DNA of 63,983 bases, filler included, from Octopus bimaculoides (Eukaryota), in NCBI RefSeq assembly GCF_001194135.2. It is 8 parts of 6 records of this genome, joined end to end, with 100 filler letters (N's around TTAATTAATTAA, not from the genome) between each part and the next. Parts side by side here need not be neighbours in the genome. Positions count along the whole stretch, not along the records: positions 62,852 to 63,983 come from NC_068999.1; 7 more parts are not named here. One strand, given 5' to 3'. The position numbers and the translations under genes are program-made. Below are positions 63,306-63,983 of this stretch, piece by piece. Under the pieces are notes generated by a model, which saw only the letters and a list, made by a program, of their open reading frames with translations, searched no databases and was not told where the DNA came from. Position 1 is the first letter of the stretch. The number at the start of each line of letters is the position of its first letter.

Positions 63306-63983
63306 CTAGAGTTAAGGTAAAAAGCTATGTAAATAGTTTGCCCATGTATCTTAGTAATCTGCCCTGATTACACCCTAAGTAAACAGAACTACATTCACGT
63401 ATCACAATAACTTTACATTAAGTGGTTTCTAAGCACTAAAAAGCACACCTACAATGTGTTCTCAATATTCAATGTTGTGAGCAGAAGTAATCTCTTTGTA
63501 ATTTGAATTTACTACTAAGGTTTGATTCATAATTAAAGTTTTACATTTGTAAAAAGAAATGTTCTCAGGAAAGTTACAGCATGATGTTCTTCACTCTATA
63601 AATATTAGGTTTTAACCAAGTCTAGTGAAAGCAATGTGTATCATGTTATTCATATTTTCTTGAACAAATATTAGTAGGACTGACTTGTGTGGTAAGAAGT
63701 TTGCTTCCCGACTACATACTTCCAGGTTCAGTCCCACAGCATGGTATCTTGAACAAGTGTTTTCTATTATAATTTCGAGCCAACCAAAACCTTGTGAGGG
63801 GATTTAGTAGACAGAAACTGAAAGAAGCCAGTCATATCTATCTACCAATCTATATTATTATCAGCCTCATTGTTTAACACCTGCCTTCCAGACTGACATG
63901 GGTGGGATGGATTGACAGGAGCATGACCAGACTTCTGCACCTGTTTTACATAGTTATATATATATATATATATATATATATAT

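Overview
Eukaryotic, AT-rich, repeat-dominated draft-assembly DNA, most likely from an octopus. That assignment is an inference from my recall of the tRNA-derived SINE families and from the very high microsatellite load; it was not checked by a search. No intact host gene is recognisable, and almost all long ORFs in the track are N-gap or microsatellite artefacts. What can be supported is transposon debris: Tc1, mariner and piggyBac fragments, a Tc1/mariner-derived MITE, three Penelope-like elements (PLEs), several R4/Dong-like (RLE) LINE fragments in (TAA)n arrays, an RTE LINE and its 3' UTR copies, a Gypsy LTR element, a Helitron-like 5' end, and several SINE families. Best leads: (1) a PLE terminal repeat with a tRNA-derived Pol III promoter directly upstream of a minimal hammerhead ribozyme; (2) a second PLE hammerhead whose stem II is split by a self-folding MITE; (3) a 128-bp tandem array built from two tRNA-like heads; (4) a Dong-like LINE pile-up and a fold-back Dong fragment; (5) two long hairpins. 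A few low-confidence candidate exons are noted. Seven N44-TTAATTAATTAA-N44 spacers are artificial contig joins, so adjacency across them is unreliable.
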